Assembly (NCBI GenBank): GCA_050015375.1
Contig: JBEKBN010000005.1
Location: 1,858 to 65,857, forward strand
Length of the DNA stretch: 64,000 bases
Direction: 5' to 3'
Source: Minisyncoccia bacterium
Lineage (GTDB): Bacteria > Patescibacteriota > Minisyncoccia > 2-02-FULL-40-12 > IGHO2-01-FULL-4-A
In this document: positions 37,873 to 47,105 of the stretch, piece after piece
Layout of the letters: the number at the start of each line of letters is the position of its first letter
How positions within the stretch are numbered: position 1 is the stretch's first letter
Translations under genes and position numbers: made by a program
Notes under the pieces: generated by a model
Database searches by the model: none
Seen by the model: only the letters and a program-made list of their open reading frames with translations
Told to the model about the DNA's origin: nothing

Positions 37873-38335
37873 GTTACTACGAAATTACGAATCTTTACGA
37901 ATATACGAATGGAATTGAAGAGAAAAGATCTTATACTTCCAGAACTAAGCTATAAAATTATAGGAGTATTGTTCGATGTTTTCAATTACTTAGGTTACGA
38001 ATATAGAGAAAAGTATTATCAAAGAGCGATTGCGAAAGCATTCAAAGAAATAAGAGTAAATTTTAAAGAGCAGGTATACTCGCCAATTGAATACAAAGGA
38101 GAAAATATTGGTGGTTATTTTTTCGACTTTTTAGTAGAAAACAAAATTATTCTTGAAATTAAAAGAGGAGACAATTTTTCTTCAAACGATATATCACAAA
38201 TTCTTTCTTACTTGAAAAAATCAAAATTACAGCTTGGTATCCTCGCACGTTTTTCAAGTAAAGGTTTGAAGTATAGGAGGATTGTTAATATAAATTGATT
38301 CGTATATTCGTAGCAATTCGTAATTTCGTAGTAAC
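37873..38335. mobile_element. 463-bp low-GC cassette with about 38-bp terminal inverted repeats carrying a GxxExxY gene, inserted between rpsG and fusA
   Basis: Left gttactacgaaattacgaatctttacgaatatacgaat; right attcgtatattcgtagcaattcgtaatttcgtagtaac, its reverse complement. Confidence 0.7.
37909..38298 (+). CDS. GxxExxY-family protein (PD-(D/E)XK-like)
   Basis: LGYEYREKYYQRAI motif, AT-rich. Confidence 0.7.
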   Translation: MELKRKDLILPELSYKIIGVLFDVFNYLGYEYREKYYQRAIAKAFKEIRVNFKEQVYSPIEYKGENIGGYFFDFLVENKIILEIKRGDNFSSNDISQILSYLKKSKLQLGILARFSSKGLKYRRIVNIN

Positions 38336-40444
38336 ATGTCAGATTACCCAATAGAAAAGATAAGAAATATAGGCATTGTCGCCCACATAGACGCCGGAAA
38401 AACCACAACAACCGAGCGGGTTTTGTTTTACACCGGTTTGACCCACAAGATTGGCGAGGTCCACGAAGGCGAAGCAGTCATGGATTGGATGGAACAGGAA
38501 CGCGAGCGGGGCATCACCATCACCGCCGCCGCCGTTACTTGTTATTGGTATCCGGTGGGCCTGCCCAGAGACAAAGAGAACGAGAGCCGTTTCAACATCA
38601 TTGACACCCCGGGGCATATTGATTTCACGGTTGAAGTCAAAAGATCACTCCGTGTTTTAGACGGCGCAGTCGTCGTTTTTGACGGCGTGGCCGGCGTTGA
38701 GCCTCAATCGGAAACCAACTGGCGCTACGCCGATGAATACAAAGTTCCCCGGATCTGTTTCATAAATAAGCTCGACCGACTGGGCGCGTCTTTTGAACGC
38801 TCCTACAAATCAATTTTGGAAAGATTAACGCCCAATGCCGTCCGGATGCAATTGCCCGACGGCGAGGAAGACAAATTCCACGGCGTTTTGGATTTGCTGG
38901 AAATGAAATATTATATTTTTGAAGGCGAGCATGGCGAGAAAGTCATCGAGAAACCGATCCCGTTCGAGGATCTGAGGGAACGAGCCGAAGCCGCCCGAGC
39001 AGAACTCGTCGAAAAAATTGTCGAGAACGATGATGTTGCCATGCAGAATTACCTGGAAGGAAAAGAAGTGCCCATTGCCGAACTTAAAAGGATCCTCCGC
39101 AAAGCGACCATCGAGAACAAATTAGTGCCGGTCTACGCTGGTTCGGCGTTGAAGAACAAGGGCGTCCAATTCATTTTGGACGGCGTGGTGGATTATTTGC
39201 CTTCGCCGATCGACCGGGCGGTAGTAAAGGGAATTGACCCAAAAACCGGCGGCGAGATATCCAGAAAATTAATTGATACCCAACCTTTCGCCAGTTTGGC
39301 ATTTAAAGTCGCCACCGATCCTTTTGTCGGCCAATTAACTTTCATCAGGGTTTATTCGGGCGTTCTCAATGCTGGTTCTTATACTTTGAACAGCACCAGC
39401 GGACAAACGGAACGTATCGGCCGGCTTTTACGAATGCGCGCCAATGACAGGGAAGAAATAAAAGAAATCTACGCCGGCGGAATTGCCGCCATTGTCGGCC
39501 TGAAGGGAACCAAAACCGGAGATACGCTTTGCGATCCGGAGGATCCGATCGTTCTTGAGAAAATTTCATTCCCCGAGCCGGTCATTCACATGCGAATTGA
39601 ACCCAAGACCAAGGCCGACCAGGAAAAAATGGGCTTGGCCTTGAAGAAACTTTCCGACGAGGACCCGACTTTCAAGATCAGGACCGACCAAGAAACCGGC
39701 GAAACCATCATCGGCGGGATGGGCGAGTTGCATTTGGATATCATCGTTGACCGGATGAAACGCGAGTTCAGCGTCGGCGCCAATGTCGGCCGGCCACAAG
39801 TCGCCTACAAAGAAACCATCCGCCAAAACGCTCAAGCCGAAGGCAAATATATCCGCCAATCCGGCGGCCGCGGCCAGTACGGACACGTTTGGTTGCGCAT
39901 CGAACCCCAGAAAAGGGGAGCGGGTTTTGAATTTCTTGATGAGATCAAATCCGGCGTCATTCCTAATGAATTTATTCCGGCTGTTGAAAAAGGCGTCCGC
40001 GAGGCGCTCGACAAAGGCATCGTTGCCGGTTTTCCGATTGTTGACCTGAAAGTCGCCCTTTATGATGGTTCGTATCATGAAGTTGACTCGTCGGAGATCG
40101 CCTTCAAGATAGCCGGCGCCATGGCCCTCCAGGAAGCCGCCAGACGCGCAAAACCGGTCCTGCTTGAGCCGATAATGAAGGTTGAGGTCATTGTGCCGGA
40201 GAAGTTTTTAGGCGAAGTCGTGGGTGATCTGAACTCACGGCGGGGAAAGATCGAACAGGTTTCGGATCGCTCGCCGTTGAATCTCAAAGTCATTGATTCC
40301 AAAATTCCGCTCTCGGAAATGTTCGGTTACGCGACCACGATCCGTTCGCTTTCCGAAGGCCGGGGAAATTATAATATGGAGTTCTCGAATTACGAGGAAG
40401 TACCGAACAACATCGCGGAACTGATCAAAGAAGGAAAAAAGTAA
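38336..40444 (+). CDS. fusA: Elongation factor G
   Basis: [20 protein letters not shown]. Confidence 0.95.
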   Translation: MSDYPIEKIRNIGIVAHIDAGKTTTTERVLFYTGLTHKIGEVHEGEAVMDWMEQERERGITITAAAVTCYWYPVGLPRDKENESRFNIIDTPGHIDFTVEVKRSLRVLDGAVVVFDGVAGVEPQSETNWRYADEYKVPRICFINKLDRLGASFERSYKSILERLTPNAVRMQLPDGEEDKFHGVLDLLEMKYYIFEGEHGEKVIEKPIPFEDLRERAEAARAELVEKIVENDDVAMQNYLEGKEVPIAELKRILRKATIENKLVPVYAGSALKNKGVQFILDGVVDYLPSPIDRAVVKGIDPKTGGEISRKLIDTQPFASLAFKVATDPFVGQLTFIRVYSGVLNAGSYTLNSTSGQTERIGRLLRMRANDREEIKEIYAGGIAAIVGLKGTKTGDTLCDPEDPIVLEKISFPEPVIHMRIEPKTKADQEKMGLALKKLSDEDPTFKIRTDQETGETIIGGMGELHLDIIVDRMKREFSVGANVGRPQVAYKETIRQNAQAEGKYIRQSGGRGQYGHVWLRIEPQKRGAGFEFLDEIKSGVIPNEFIPAVEKGVREALDKGIVAGFPIVDLKVALYDGSYHEVDSSEIAFKIAGAMALQEAARRAKPVLLEPIMKVEVIVPEKFLGEVVGDLNSRRGKIEQVSDRSPLNLKVIDSKIPLSEMFGYATTIRSLSEGRGNYNMEFSNYEEVPNNIAELIKEGKK

Positions 40445-40459
40445 CTCGCCTCCGTTTTG

Positions 40460-40650
40460 AAAATCCCGGACCAGGCTCACCGGATTGCTTTCCGGGGACT
40501 TAGGAAATCCCAGCGAGATTTCCGTCATCCGGTTGTCAGTTGCCGTCACTGATTGACGGCTTTTTGATTTCACAAAAAGCCGTCAATCAGACCCTGCCGA
40601 CGGCACCGACAACGGCCCCTGAAAGCAATCCGGTTCGCAGGGATTTTCAA
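40460..40650. repeat. 191-bp palindromic repeat element, copy 1 (about 98% identical to 53025..53215)
   Basis: Arms aaaatcccggaccaggctcaccggattgctttccgggga...cccctgaaagcaatccggttcgcagggatttt. Centre carries a bidirectional terminator-like hairpin gattgacggctttttgatttcacaaaaagccgtcaatc. Confidence 0.85.
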
Positions 40651-40744
40651 AACGGTAGCTCGCTGGGGGCTGTTGCATTATTTTCTGTTTTTTGGTATAA
40701 GTCAATTGCGATAATTGGGTCGTAATTATTAAGGAGATTGAATA

Positions 40745-41197
40745 ATGGGACGCTCTTTGAAAAACAAAAGATTCGATCCATTTAAGTTGTCGGTGCGATA
40801 TTTGGAACGAAAAATCCGGTCACTAAAAGAAGCCCTGAAATATCTCGAAAATGTGCTAATCGTGAAAAAAATGGGGAAAAAGCCGCCCTTTCTTCCTGGT
40901 GATAAAGTTGATCCGGGACGGGCAGAGTGGGGAGCATTAGAGGTTTTAGCTCGCAAAGGATTTCGCGGTCAGTCGATTGCGGTGACGATGTCCCACCCAA
41001 ATTATATCGTCGAAGAAGTTCATTATTACCCGGCTTCAAATTTCAGCCCGTGGTCTTTGGTTTTAAAAGGAATTCCGAAACATGATGGCGAGGATCTTCT
41101 GTTTGATGCTTCTGATTTCCACAATGTAACCGAAGGGATGAAATTACTCGAACGAAAATCCAGAAAAGTTCTCCGTGGTAAAAATCCTAGCCGCTGA
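40745..41197 (+). CDS. Hypothetical protein
   Basis: 150 aa. Confidence 0.4.
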   Translation: MGRSLKNKRFDPFKLSVRYLERKIRSLKEALKYLENVLIVKKMGKKPPFLPGDKVDPGRAEWGALEVLARKGFRGQSIAVTMSHPNYIVEEVHYYPASNFSPWSLVLKGIPKHDGEDLLFDASDFHNVTEGMKLLERKSRKVLRGKNPSR

Positions 41198-41276
41198 AAA
41201 ATGCGGCTTTTTGTTGCAAATTTTGGACGGTTATTGTATAAATCAGTTGCGATAATTTTCGGAATTTGGAGGGGAT

Positions 41277-41783
41277 ATGGAAATCGAAAATTATGATCCG
41301 AGCAATTCGACTGACGAAAAGCTCATTGATGAATTTGTCCGGATAGCCGGAATTGTCTATCAGATAGAGCACGGCAATAATCCGGTATCATCTGACGGTC
41401 ATGACAGCGAAAGATTGGCGGTCTTGAAGAAGATCGTTTTGGGACGCATGATCAAAGATGAAGTTTCTTCACTGGAACCGGTTGATGGAAAACCGGCACA
41501 TGAAATAGTACTTTCCAAACTCAAAACAATCTTGCCGGATTTGCGAGCATACCTGGAATTTAAAACGGAATCTCCCGGGTCAGCCAATTTCTTTTGCGAA
41601 ACATCGAATGGGGCAAGGGTTCTTATTGATGTGCTTTCCGAGATGATCGTATTCGAGAGGGACAAGCTGGATGCCGCGAAACAAATCCACGAGCTCCGCT
41701 CATTCGGGATCTTATTGCCAGAGTTGCAAATATTAGAGGACAAATTTTCGAAGAAACCGCCGGCTCCGGCAGAAACTCTCTGA
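41277..41783 (+). CDS. Hypothetical protein
   Basis: 168 aa. Confidence 0.4.
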   Translation: MEIENYDPSNSTDEKLIDEFVRIAGIVYQIEHGNNPVSSDGHDSERLAVLKKIVLGRMIKDEVSSLEPVDGKPAHEIVLSKLKTILPDLRAYLEFKTESPGSANFFCETSNGARVLIDVLSEMIVFERDKLDAAKQIHELRSFGILLPELQILEDKFSKKPPAPAETL

Positions 41784-41886
41784 CCGCCAAGACACGGCGG
41801 TTTTTGATTCCCAAGCGCCTGACCTGTGGATAATTATTACATTTCATTTTGCAGATGTAGTAAAATGGTAGAGTAGGTCAAAAATC

Positions 41887-42378
41887 GTGAAACCACTCGA
41901 AAACAAGAAATTATTGATCAAGATCGCCGTTGCGGCGGTTTGCGTTGTCGTTGTTATTGTCGTGGTCCTGACAATTGTGAGCATTTACACCAAGCCGGTT
42001 CCGGAGATCGGCAGTGGACTTGTCGTTGTTCCATCAAGGACGGGAGAGACCGAGGTTTCAATAAACAAATTGCCGGTGGGTTTTCCGACCAATATCCCGC
42101 TCGAAAAAAATGCCAAGGTCGTCCAGAATTATAACGCGACGGGAACCGACGGCAGGAGCCAGGCCACCCGTGTTTTTGAGTCAAAACTGACCCTGGACCA
42201 GAATTACAAGATCTATACGAATTTCTTTCAGGCCAATAGCTGGAAGATTGATAACAAATACCAATCGGCATCTTTGGACTCGATTTTCGCATCGAACGGA
42301 CAAGGTCAGCTTGCCGTCAATATTTCCAAAAACAGCGTGTCAGGCGTGGTGACGGTGAATTTAAGTTATGTTTATTAA
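41887..42378 (+). CDS. Hypothetical membrane-anchored protein
   Basis: N-terminal TM helix. Confidence 0.4.
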   Translation: MKPLENKKLLIKIAVAAVCVVVVIVVVLTIVSIYTKPVPEIGSGLVVVPSRTGETEVSINKLPVGFPTNIPLEKNAKVVQNYNATGTDGRSQATRVFESKLTLDQNYKIYTNFFQANSWKIDNKYQSASLDSIFASNGQGQLAVNISKNSVSGVVTVNLSYVY

Positions 42379-42402
42379 ATGGATACGGGAAATTAAAATT
42401 GT

Positions 42403-43818
42403 ATGAGAAATTTTAAATTATTATTCTTTCTTTCTTTTTGTTTTGTAGTGTTTCTTGATTTTGTCTCATTGCCCAAAGTTGCCATGGCAGCCGGTAATTT
42501 TAGATTATTCGCTTCGCCTATTTCACAACATATTGTTCCGGGAGGTGCGACGTCATATACAATTACAGTTATTTGCACGGATGTTTCAGGACCGATTCAA
42601 CTTTATCAGGTTTCCGTGTCTCCATATGATAGCGAAACTCCCACCGACCAGGTTACTACAAGTTTATCTTCTACCTCCTTAAGTTGTAATGGATCCGTTG
42701 TTCTTACCGCACAGGCAAAAGCGTCGGCTACCCCATATAGTTATTCTATAATTGTATACGGGCAATTCAGTAGCGCTGTGCCGTCCACGAGTTATGTCAA
42801 GATGAGTTTATATATTGATGGCGTACCCCCCGCTCCCACCAATTTGACTCTGGACAATTCCGTATGCGGTCAAATAACCCTGAACTGGTCTTTCACCAGT
42901 TACAATCCGTGGACGGCCCAAACGGGTTTTAATATCTATATGACGGCAGACCTCGCTTTTCCGGTTAGTCTAATCGGCCAAGCCGGTCCGACCGACAGGA
43001 GTTTTACTTATACCCCATCCACAAACGATTTATTGTACTATGCGATTACGGCTTATAATGATGCTGGTGAATCCTCAAAAGTCACAACCTCGGGCGCGAT
43101 GACATCCTGTCCAACCCCCACCCCCACTCAACCGCCGAGTGGAAGCAACACCCCCACCCCCACTCCTACACCAACCAATCAACCGCCAACCGCGAGCAAT
43201 GTCACAGCCACCGAACTTGATTATTGTTTTGGAGTCCCGATAAATATAAGTTGGAATTATAACCATCCTGGGGCAAGCGCGCAGGGCGCTTATCAGGTTC
43301 AAATTGACACATTTGGATCTTTGTTCGGTTCGCCAGATTTTGATACCGGCAAAGTTCTGTCAACAAGCACTTCTGCCGCCCTCACCGGCTTGGCATTTAA
43401 CACGACCTATCAGGCAAGGGTCAAGGTTTGGGACGCGAATGACAATGAATCAGATTGGTCTGTGCAATCGGCTTGCGCGGGTTCAGGTTGCCTTCCCAGC
43501 CAGTTAGCTTGGAAAACACCCATTCACGCTTATCCGAATGTTAATTTCAGCTGGACACCGGATGTGCCCCTGGATAAACAATCGGTCCAATTTACCGATC
43601 TGACCACTTTTGCTTCAGGCGGGGGATCGTGGAATTGGAATTTTGGCGATAATGGTTCGTCGCTTTTGCAAAATCCGACCCACATTTATTCAACTGAAAA
43701 TATTTATAATGTCACCCTGACGGCGACAGATGAGGTTGGTCAAAGCTGTTCGTTGTCGAAAATGATAACCGTGAGTCCAAACAACAAGATTCCCGTCTGG
43801 AAGGAAGTCGAACAGTAG
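42403..43818 (+). CDS. Secreted surface protein with Fn3-like and PKD domains
   Basis: Signal peptide; PKD signature WNWNFGDNG...TATDEVGQ; Pro/Thr linker. Paralog of the 22442..25981 C-terminus. Confidence 0.55.
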   Translation: MRNFKLLFFLSFCFVVFLDFVSLPKVAMAAGNFRLFASPISQHIVPGGATSYTITVICTDVSGPIQLYQVSVSPYDSETPTDQVTTSLSSTSLSCNGSVVLTAQAKASATPYSYSIIVYGQFSSAVPSTSYVKMSLYIDGVPPAPTNLTLDNSVCGQITLNWSFTSYNPWTAQTGFNIYMTADLAFPVSLIGQAGPTDRSFTYTPSTNDLLYYAITAYNDAGESSKVTTSGAMTSCPTPTPTQPPSGSNTPTPTPTPTNQPPTASNVTATELDYCFGVPINISWNYNHPGASAQGAYQVQIDTFGSLFGSPDFDTGKVLSTSTSAALTGLAFNTTYQARVKVWDANDNESDWSVQSACAGSGCLPSQLAWKTPIHAYPNVNFSWTPDVPLDKQSVQFTDLTTFASGGGSWNWNFGDNGSSLLQNPTHIYSTENIYNVTLTATDEVGQSCSLSKMITVSPNNKIPVWKEVEQ

Positions 43819-43842
43819 AAATCTGGCTTCTGTTGTGTTGTC

Positions 43843-43885
43843 GCCGCCGCTTATTGGCGGCTTTTTGTTTACAAAAAGCCGCCGA
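43843..43885. terminator. Bidirectional terminator hairpins
   Basis: ggcggctttttgtttacaaaaagccgcc; centre motif related to the 191-bp element centre. Confidence 0.6.
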
Positions 43886-43991
43886 CACCCATTCTTCTGC
43901 CCGATTGACAGTATTAATCTGATTTGGTATAAGGATTACGCAGTTCGTTGACATATTCACAATATAACAACCATTTCCGAAAGGAGAAGTC

Positions 43992-44789
43992 ATGCCAGGC
44001 AAAGTGCTATTATGTGGAAATACATTTGATTTTTTGGCACCCGACATCACACTTTGTCTTCGTTTCGGCGAGGAACTTAGGCCTGAAATGATGCGCTGGG
44101 GCATGCCGGTAATATTGAGAAATGTCCTTTACGCCTTGTTATCTCTTGACGGTTTCGTTTCCGCCATATCGGCGAATGTCGGTATTAACTGGATTCATGA
44201 GACCAGACATCCTGATAGAATGTTTTGTCGGATTTTTCTCGGCGACATTTGCGTTGCTGGTTTTATTCATGTAGCAGGCAAGCCATATTCCGATAGCCAA
44301 TGCAGAGAAATCGCCGAGTGGCTTTGGCCGGAAACCGACAAAAAAACTACCGAGACCTGGACGGCGGACCAATGGCGGGAATTCTTCTTGGGACAAATTC
44401 AGGAAAATGCCGAGGCCACCCTAAAAAATGCCGAAGCTAAAATCGCCGAAGGTAATGTGGAAAAAATTGTTCCCGAATCCATCCTCCGCCACATCGGGAA
44501 ATTGCCGGCGAAAAAGAGGAAACCTCCCTATCTTTTTGCCGTTGAATGTATAGAGGCCGTCTACGGAACTTCGATGCGGGATATCACTTGGCCGCCGTTG
44601 AGAGAAATCGGCATGGCCGCCCTAGATATTCTCAAACAATCATTTGTTCAGGGTAAAATTCCAGAAGATGGATTGTCCGATGTGATTAAGCGTTTGGAAA
44701 AAATCCTTTACGATCCTGAAGCTTTCGACGCGTTGGGCCTTTTAATCAAAGACTTTATAAAGGTGATGAAACAACCCCCAAAAATCTAA
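43992..44789 (+). CDS. Hypothetical protein
   Basis: 265 aa; true start uncertain. Confidence 0.35.
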   Translation: MPGKVLLCGNTFDFLAPDITLCLRFGEELRPEMMRWGMPVILRNVLYALLSLDGFVSAISANVGINWIHETRHPDRMFCRIFLGDICVAGFIHVAGKPYSDSQCREIAEWLWPETDKKTTETWTADQWREFFLGQIQENAEATLKNAEAKIAEGNVEKIVPESILRHIGKLPAKKRKPPYLFAVECIEAVYGTSMRDITWPPLREIGMAALDILKQSFVQGKIPEDGLSDVIKRLEKILYDPEAFDALGLLIKDFIKVMKQPPKI

Positions 44790-45249
44790 CCGCTGAAATA
44801 CGCGGTTTTTATATTTTGTAATAATCCCAATGCCCGCCCTCGAAATCTTCCATAATTCCTCCCGAACAACAGCTCGCCAATATGGTTCTGGCGGCCGTTG
44901 TCGGTGCCGTTGGCACGGTTCGGTTTTTGTAATCAAAAAACGACAACGGCATCCGACAACCGGATGAGCAAATCGCTCGCTGGGCGATGCGAAGTCCGCA
45001 AGAGCCATATTGGCGAGCTATGGGAGAAATTGATAGAGAGATTTCGAGGCGAGCGTCATGTTGACAAACTAAAAATAAAGGAGTAAGCTGGTTCTATTGT
45101 AGGTTGTGTTCTAAGAGCCCTTGGTACTGTAGGTTTATCCTCAAAGGCCTAGGCGATTGGACAGGTCTTTCCTACAGGAAAAACGGGATATCTAGCGGTT
45201 GCGAGAATCTAGCTTCTAGATTCTAACTTCCGATGTTTATCCCCGAAAA

Positions 45250-45579
45250 ATGGGTAAAAAATTATATGTCGGCAGCTTGCCTTACAGCACGACCGATCAA
45301 CAGCTGAAAGAACACTTTTCCGCAGCTGGAACAGTGGAAACAGCGACGGTCATTTCCGACAAGTTCTCCGGCCGGTCCAAGGGCTTCGGTTTCGTCGAAA
45401 TGTCGACGGACGAGGAAGCTCAGAAAGCCATTGAGATGTTCAATGGAGCGGACATGGGCGGCAGGAACATTGTCGTGAACGAGGCGAGACCGTTGGAACC
45501 CCGCGCTCCTCGCGCCGGCGGTTTCAACAGAGGCGGCGGAAGCCGCGACCGCGGCTTTGGCGGCGGCAGGGACTACTAA
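45250..45579 (+). CDS. RRM-type RNA-binding protein with Gly/Arg-rich tail
   Basis: RNP-1 KGFGFVEM and RNP-2 LYVGSL. Confidence 0.85.
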   Translation: MGKKLYVGSLPYSTTDQQLKEHFSAAGTVETATVISDKFSGRSKGFGFVEMSTDEEAQKAIEMFNGADMGGRNIVVNEARPLEPRAPRAGGFNRGGGSRDRGFGGGRDY

Positions 45580-45587
45580 CCTTTCAT

Positions 45588-45613
45588 CCCCACGCTCACG
45601 CGTGAGTGTGGGG
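45588..45613. repeat. Palindrome ccccacgctcacgcgtgagtgtgggg (variant of the CCCCCACACTC family), intergenic
   Basis: One mismatch between arms. Confidence 0.6.
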
Positions 45614-45630
45614 ACAAGCCAAAACTCAAG

Positions 45631-45657
45631 AGGCGCTCGAAAGGGCGCCTTTTGGTT
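45631..45657 (+). terminator. Rho-independent terminator after the RRM gene
   Basis: aggcgc-tcgaaag-ggcgcct plus tttt. Confidence 0.65.
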
Positions 45658-45694
45658 TCTTGCTAATAATTTCATGTTCGAGGTATAATGTATG

Positions 45695-45783
45695 GCATGG
45701 GCCCAACTTGCGAGGGGTTCATTCTCATTTGGCAGTTAGGGAAGAGTCGGGAATGAAGTCGCGAGTTGGGCCCTCTTTTTTCC
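45695..45783 (+). ncRNA. Candidate small RNA or attenuator: promoter-proximal 75-nt hairpin ending in a T-run, upstream of the glutaredoxin gene
   Basis: tataat at 45684..45689; stem gggcccaacttgcgag / ctcgcgagttgggccc; then ctcttttttt. Confidence 0.35.
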
Positions 45784-45811
45784 TATAGATAATTTTGTTA
45801 TCATTAAATCC

Positions 45812-46054
45812 ATGACAAAAAACAAAAAAGTCGAGATCTATTCCACGCCATTTTGCGCTTATTGCAATTTGGCCAAAGAATATTTCAAGAAAAACAATAT
45901 CATCTATCACGAATACGATGTCGCCGCCGATATTAAAAAGCGGCAGGAGATGCTGGATAGAACCCGTCAGTTCGGCGTGCCGGTCATCGTCATTGATGGC
46001 CAGATAGTCATCGGCTTTGATAAGCCGAAGATAAACGAGCTGTTGGGGATTTAA
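45812..46054 (+). CDS. Glutaredoxin-like protein (NrdH/Grx family)
   Basis: CAYC redox motif in a thioredoxin-fold-sized 80-aa protein. Confidence 0.75.
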   Translation: MTKNKKVEIYSTPFCAYCNLAKEYFKKNNIIYHEYDVAADIKKRQEMLDRTRQFGVPVIVIDGQIVIGFDKPKINELLGI

Positions 46055-46057
46055 TTT

Positions 46058-46663
46058 ATGGAAATCAAACCATTGTCATTCACAAAAGATCTCGATGGAA
46101 TTTCAAAAAAAACCATTGAGATCCATCACGACAAACTTTACGCCGGCTATGTGAAAAAAGCCGGTGAGATTGCTGAGAAGTTGGTTGCTTTGCGGAAATC
46201 GGGAACGTTCGAAGGCAGTGCCACTTTCAGTGATTTGCGCGCGCTCAAAAGCGAAGAAACTTTTGCCGTCAACGGCGCCTATCTCCACGAATATTATTTC
46301 GACAACCTTGGCGGAGACGGCGACGCGAAATTAGCGCCGGAATTGTCGAAGGCATTTGTGGAAAAATGGGGGAGTGTGGAAAACGGGCTGAAATATTTTA
46401 GTGAGTGCGCTATGGCGGCACGCGGCTGGGCGGTGCTTGCGTGGGATATTAAGAAGCAGAAAATAATGCAATACAACGGTGATGCCCATAATCAGGGCGG
46501 GGTTTGGGGCTGTATTCCGATAATCGCACTGGATGTTTATGAGCACGCCTATTTTATTGACTTTGGTTCCGACCGCAAGGCCTACATCGAAGCGTTTTGG
46601 AAGAATTTTGATTGGCAAAAAGCCGAGGAATTATTCAAAAAAGTCAGAGAGATAAAAATTTAA
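46058..46663 (+). CDS. sodA: Fe/Mn superoxide dismutase
   Basis: IEIHHDKLYAGYV ... DVYEHAYFIDFGSDRKAYIEAFW. Confidence 0.85.
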   Translation: MEIKPLSFTKDLDGISKKTIEIHHDKLYAGYVKKAGEIAEKLVALRKSGTFEGSATFSDLRALKSEETFAVNGAYLHEYYFDNLGGDGDAKLAPELSKAFVEKWGSVENGLKYFSECAMAARGWAVLAWDIKKQKIMQYNGDAHNQGGVWGCIPIIALDVYEHAYFIDFGSDRKAYIEAFWKNFDWQKAEELFKKVREIKI

Positions 46664-46681
46664 CAGGCATATTAAAAGCAA

Positions 46682-46706
46682 AGGCCGCTCGAATGAGCGG
46701 CTTTGT
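46682..46706. terminator. Bidirectional terminator
   Basis: aaggccgctc-gaat-gagcggcttt. Confidence 0.65.
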
Positions 46707-46728
46707 CTACTGCGTTTACCACACAACT

Positions 46729-47004
46729 TCAGCTCAGCGGTTCGACAAGAACCTCATATGACCCGCACCTCAAACAATTCCTCGCGAAATTCTCCAGGGT
46801 CGGAGCACGAAGGGTAATGCTCTCGGGATCCCGGCCCTTAATCGGTTTGACGTGAATAAGCGCTTGACCCTGGACTGGAGTTTCAGCGTCTTTTGGAATT
46901 CTGGGGATAAGTTCTAGCCCGGCTTCCTGTACCATGTCTTCGATGTTTGCAAGGGCGTGATCAAGCGATCTATTCGCCGGACCAGTTATCAGCATATTGA
47001 ACAT
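46729..47004 (-). CDS. Hypothetical protein
   Basis: 91 aa. Confidence 0.3.
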   Translation of the reverse strand: MFNMLITGPANRSLDHALANIEDMVQEAGLELIPRIPKDAETPVQGQALIHVKPIKGRDPESITLRAPTLENFARNCLRCGSYEVLVEPLS

Positions 47005-47105
47005 CTATCTTTCTCCTTCTCTAGTGTTCCGTGTGTGGTTGACAAAATGAACTATTGAGTATATTACTCTTTTTGAAAAAAGATGTCAATTGTGAATAAG
47101 TGCCA

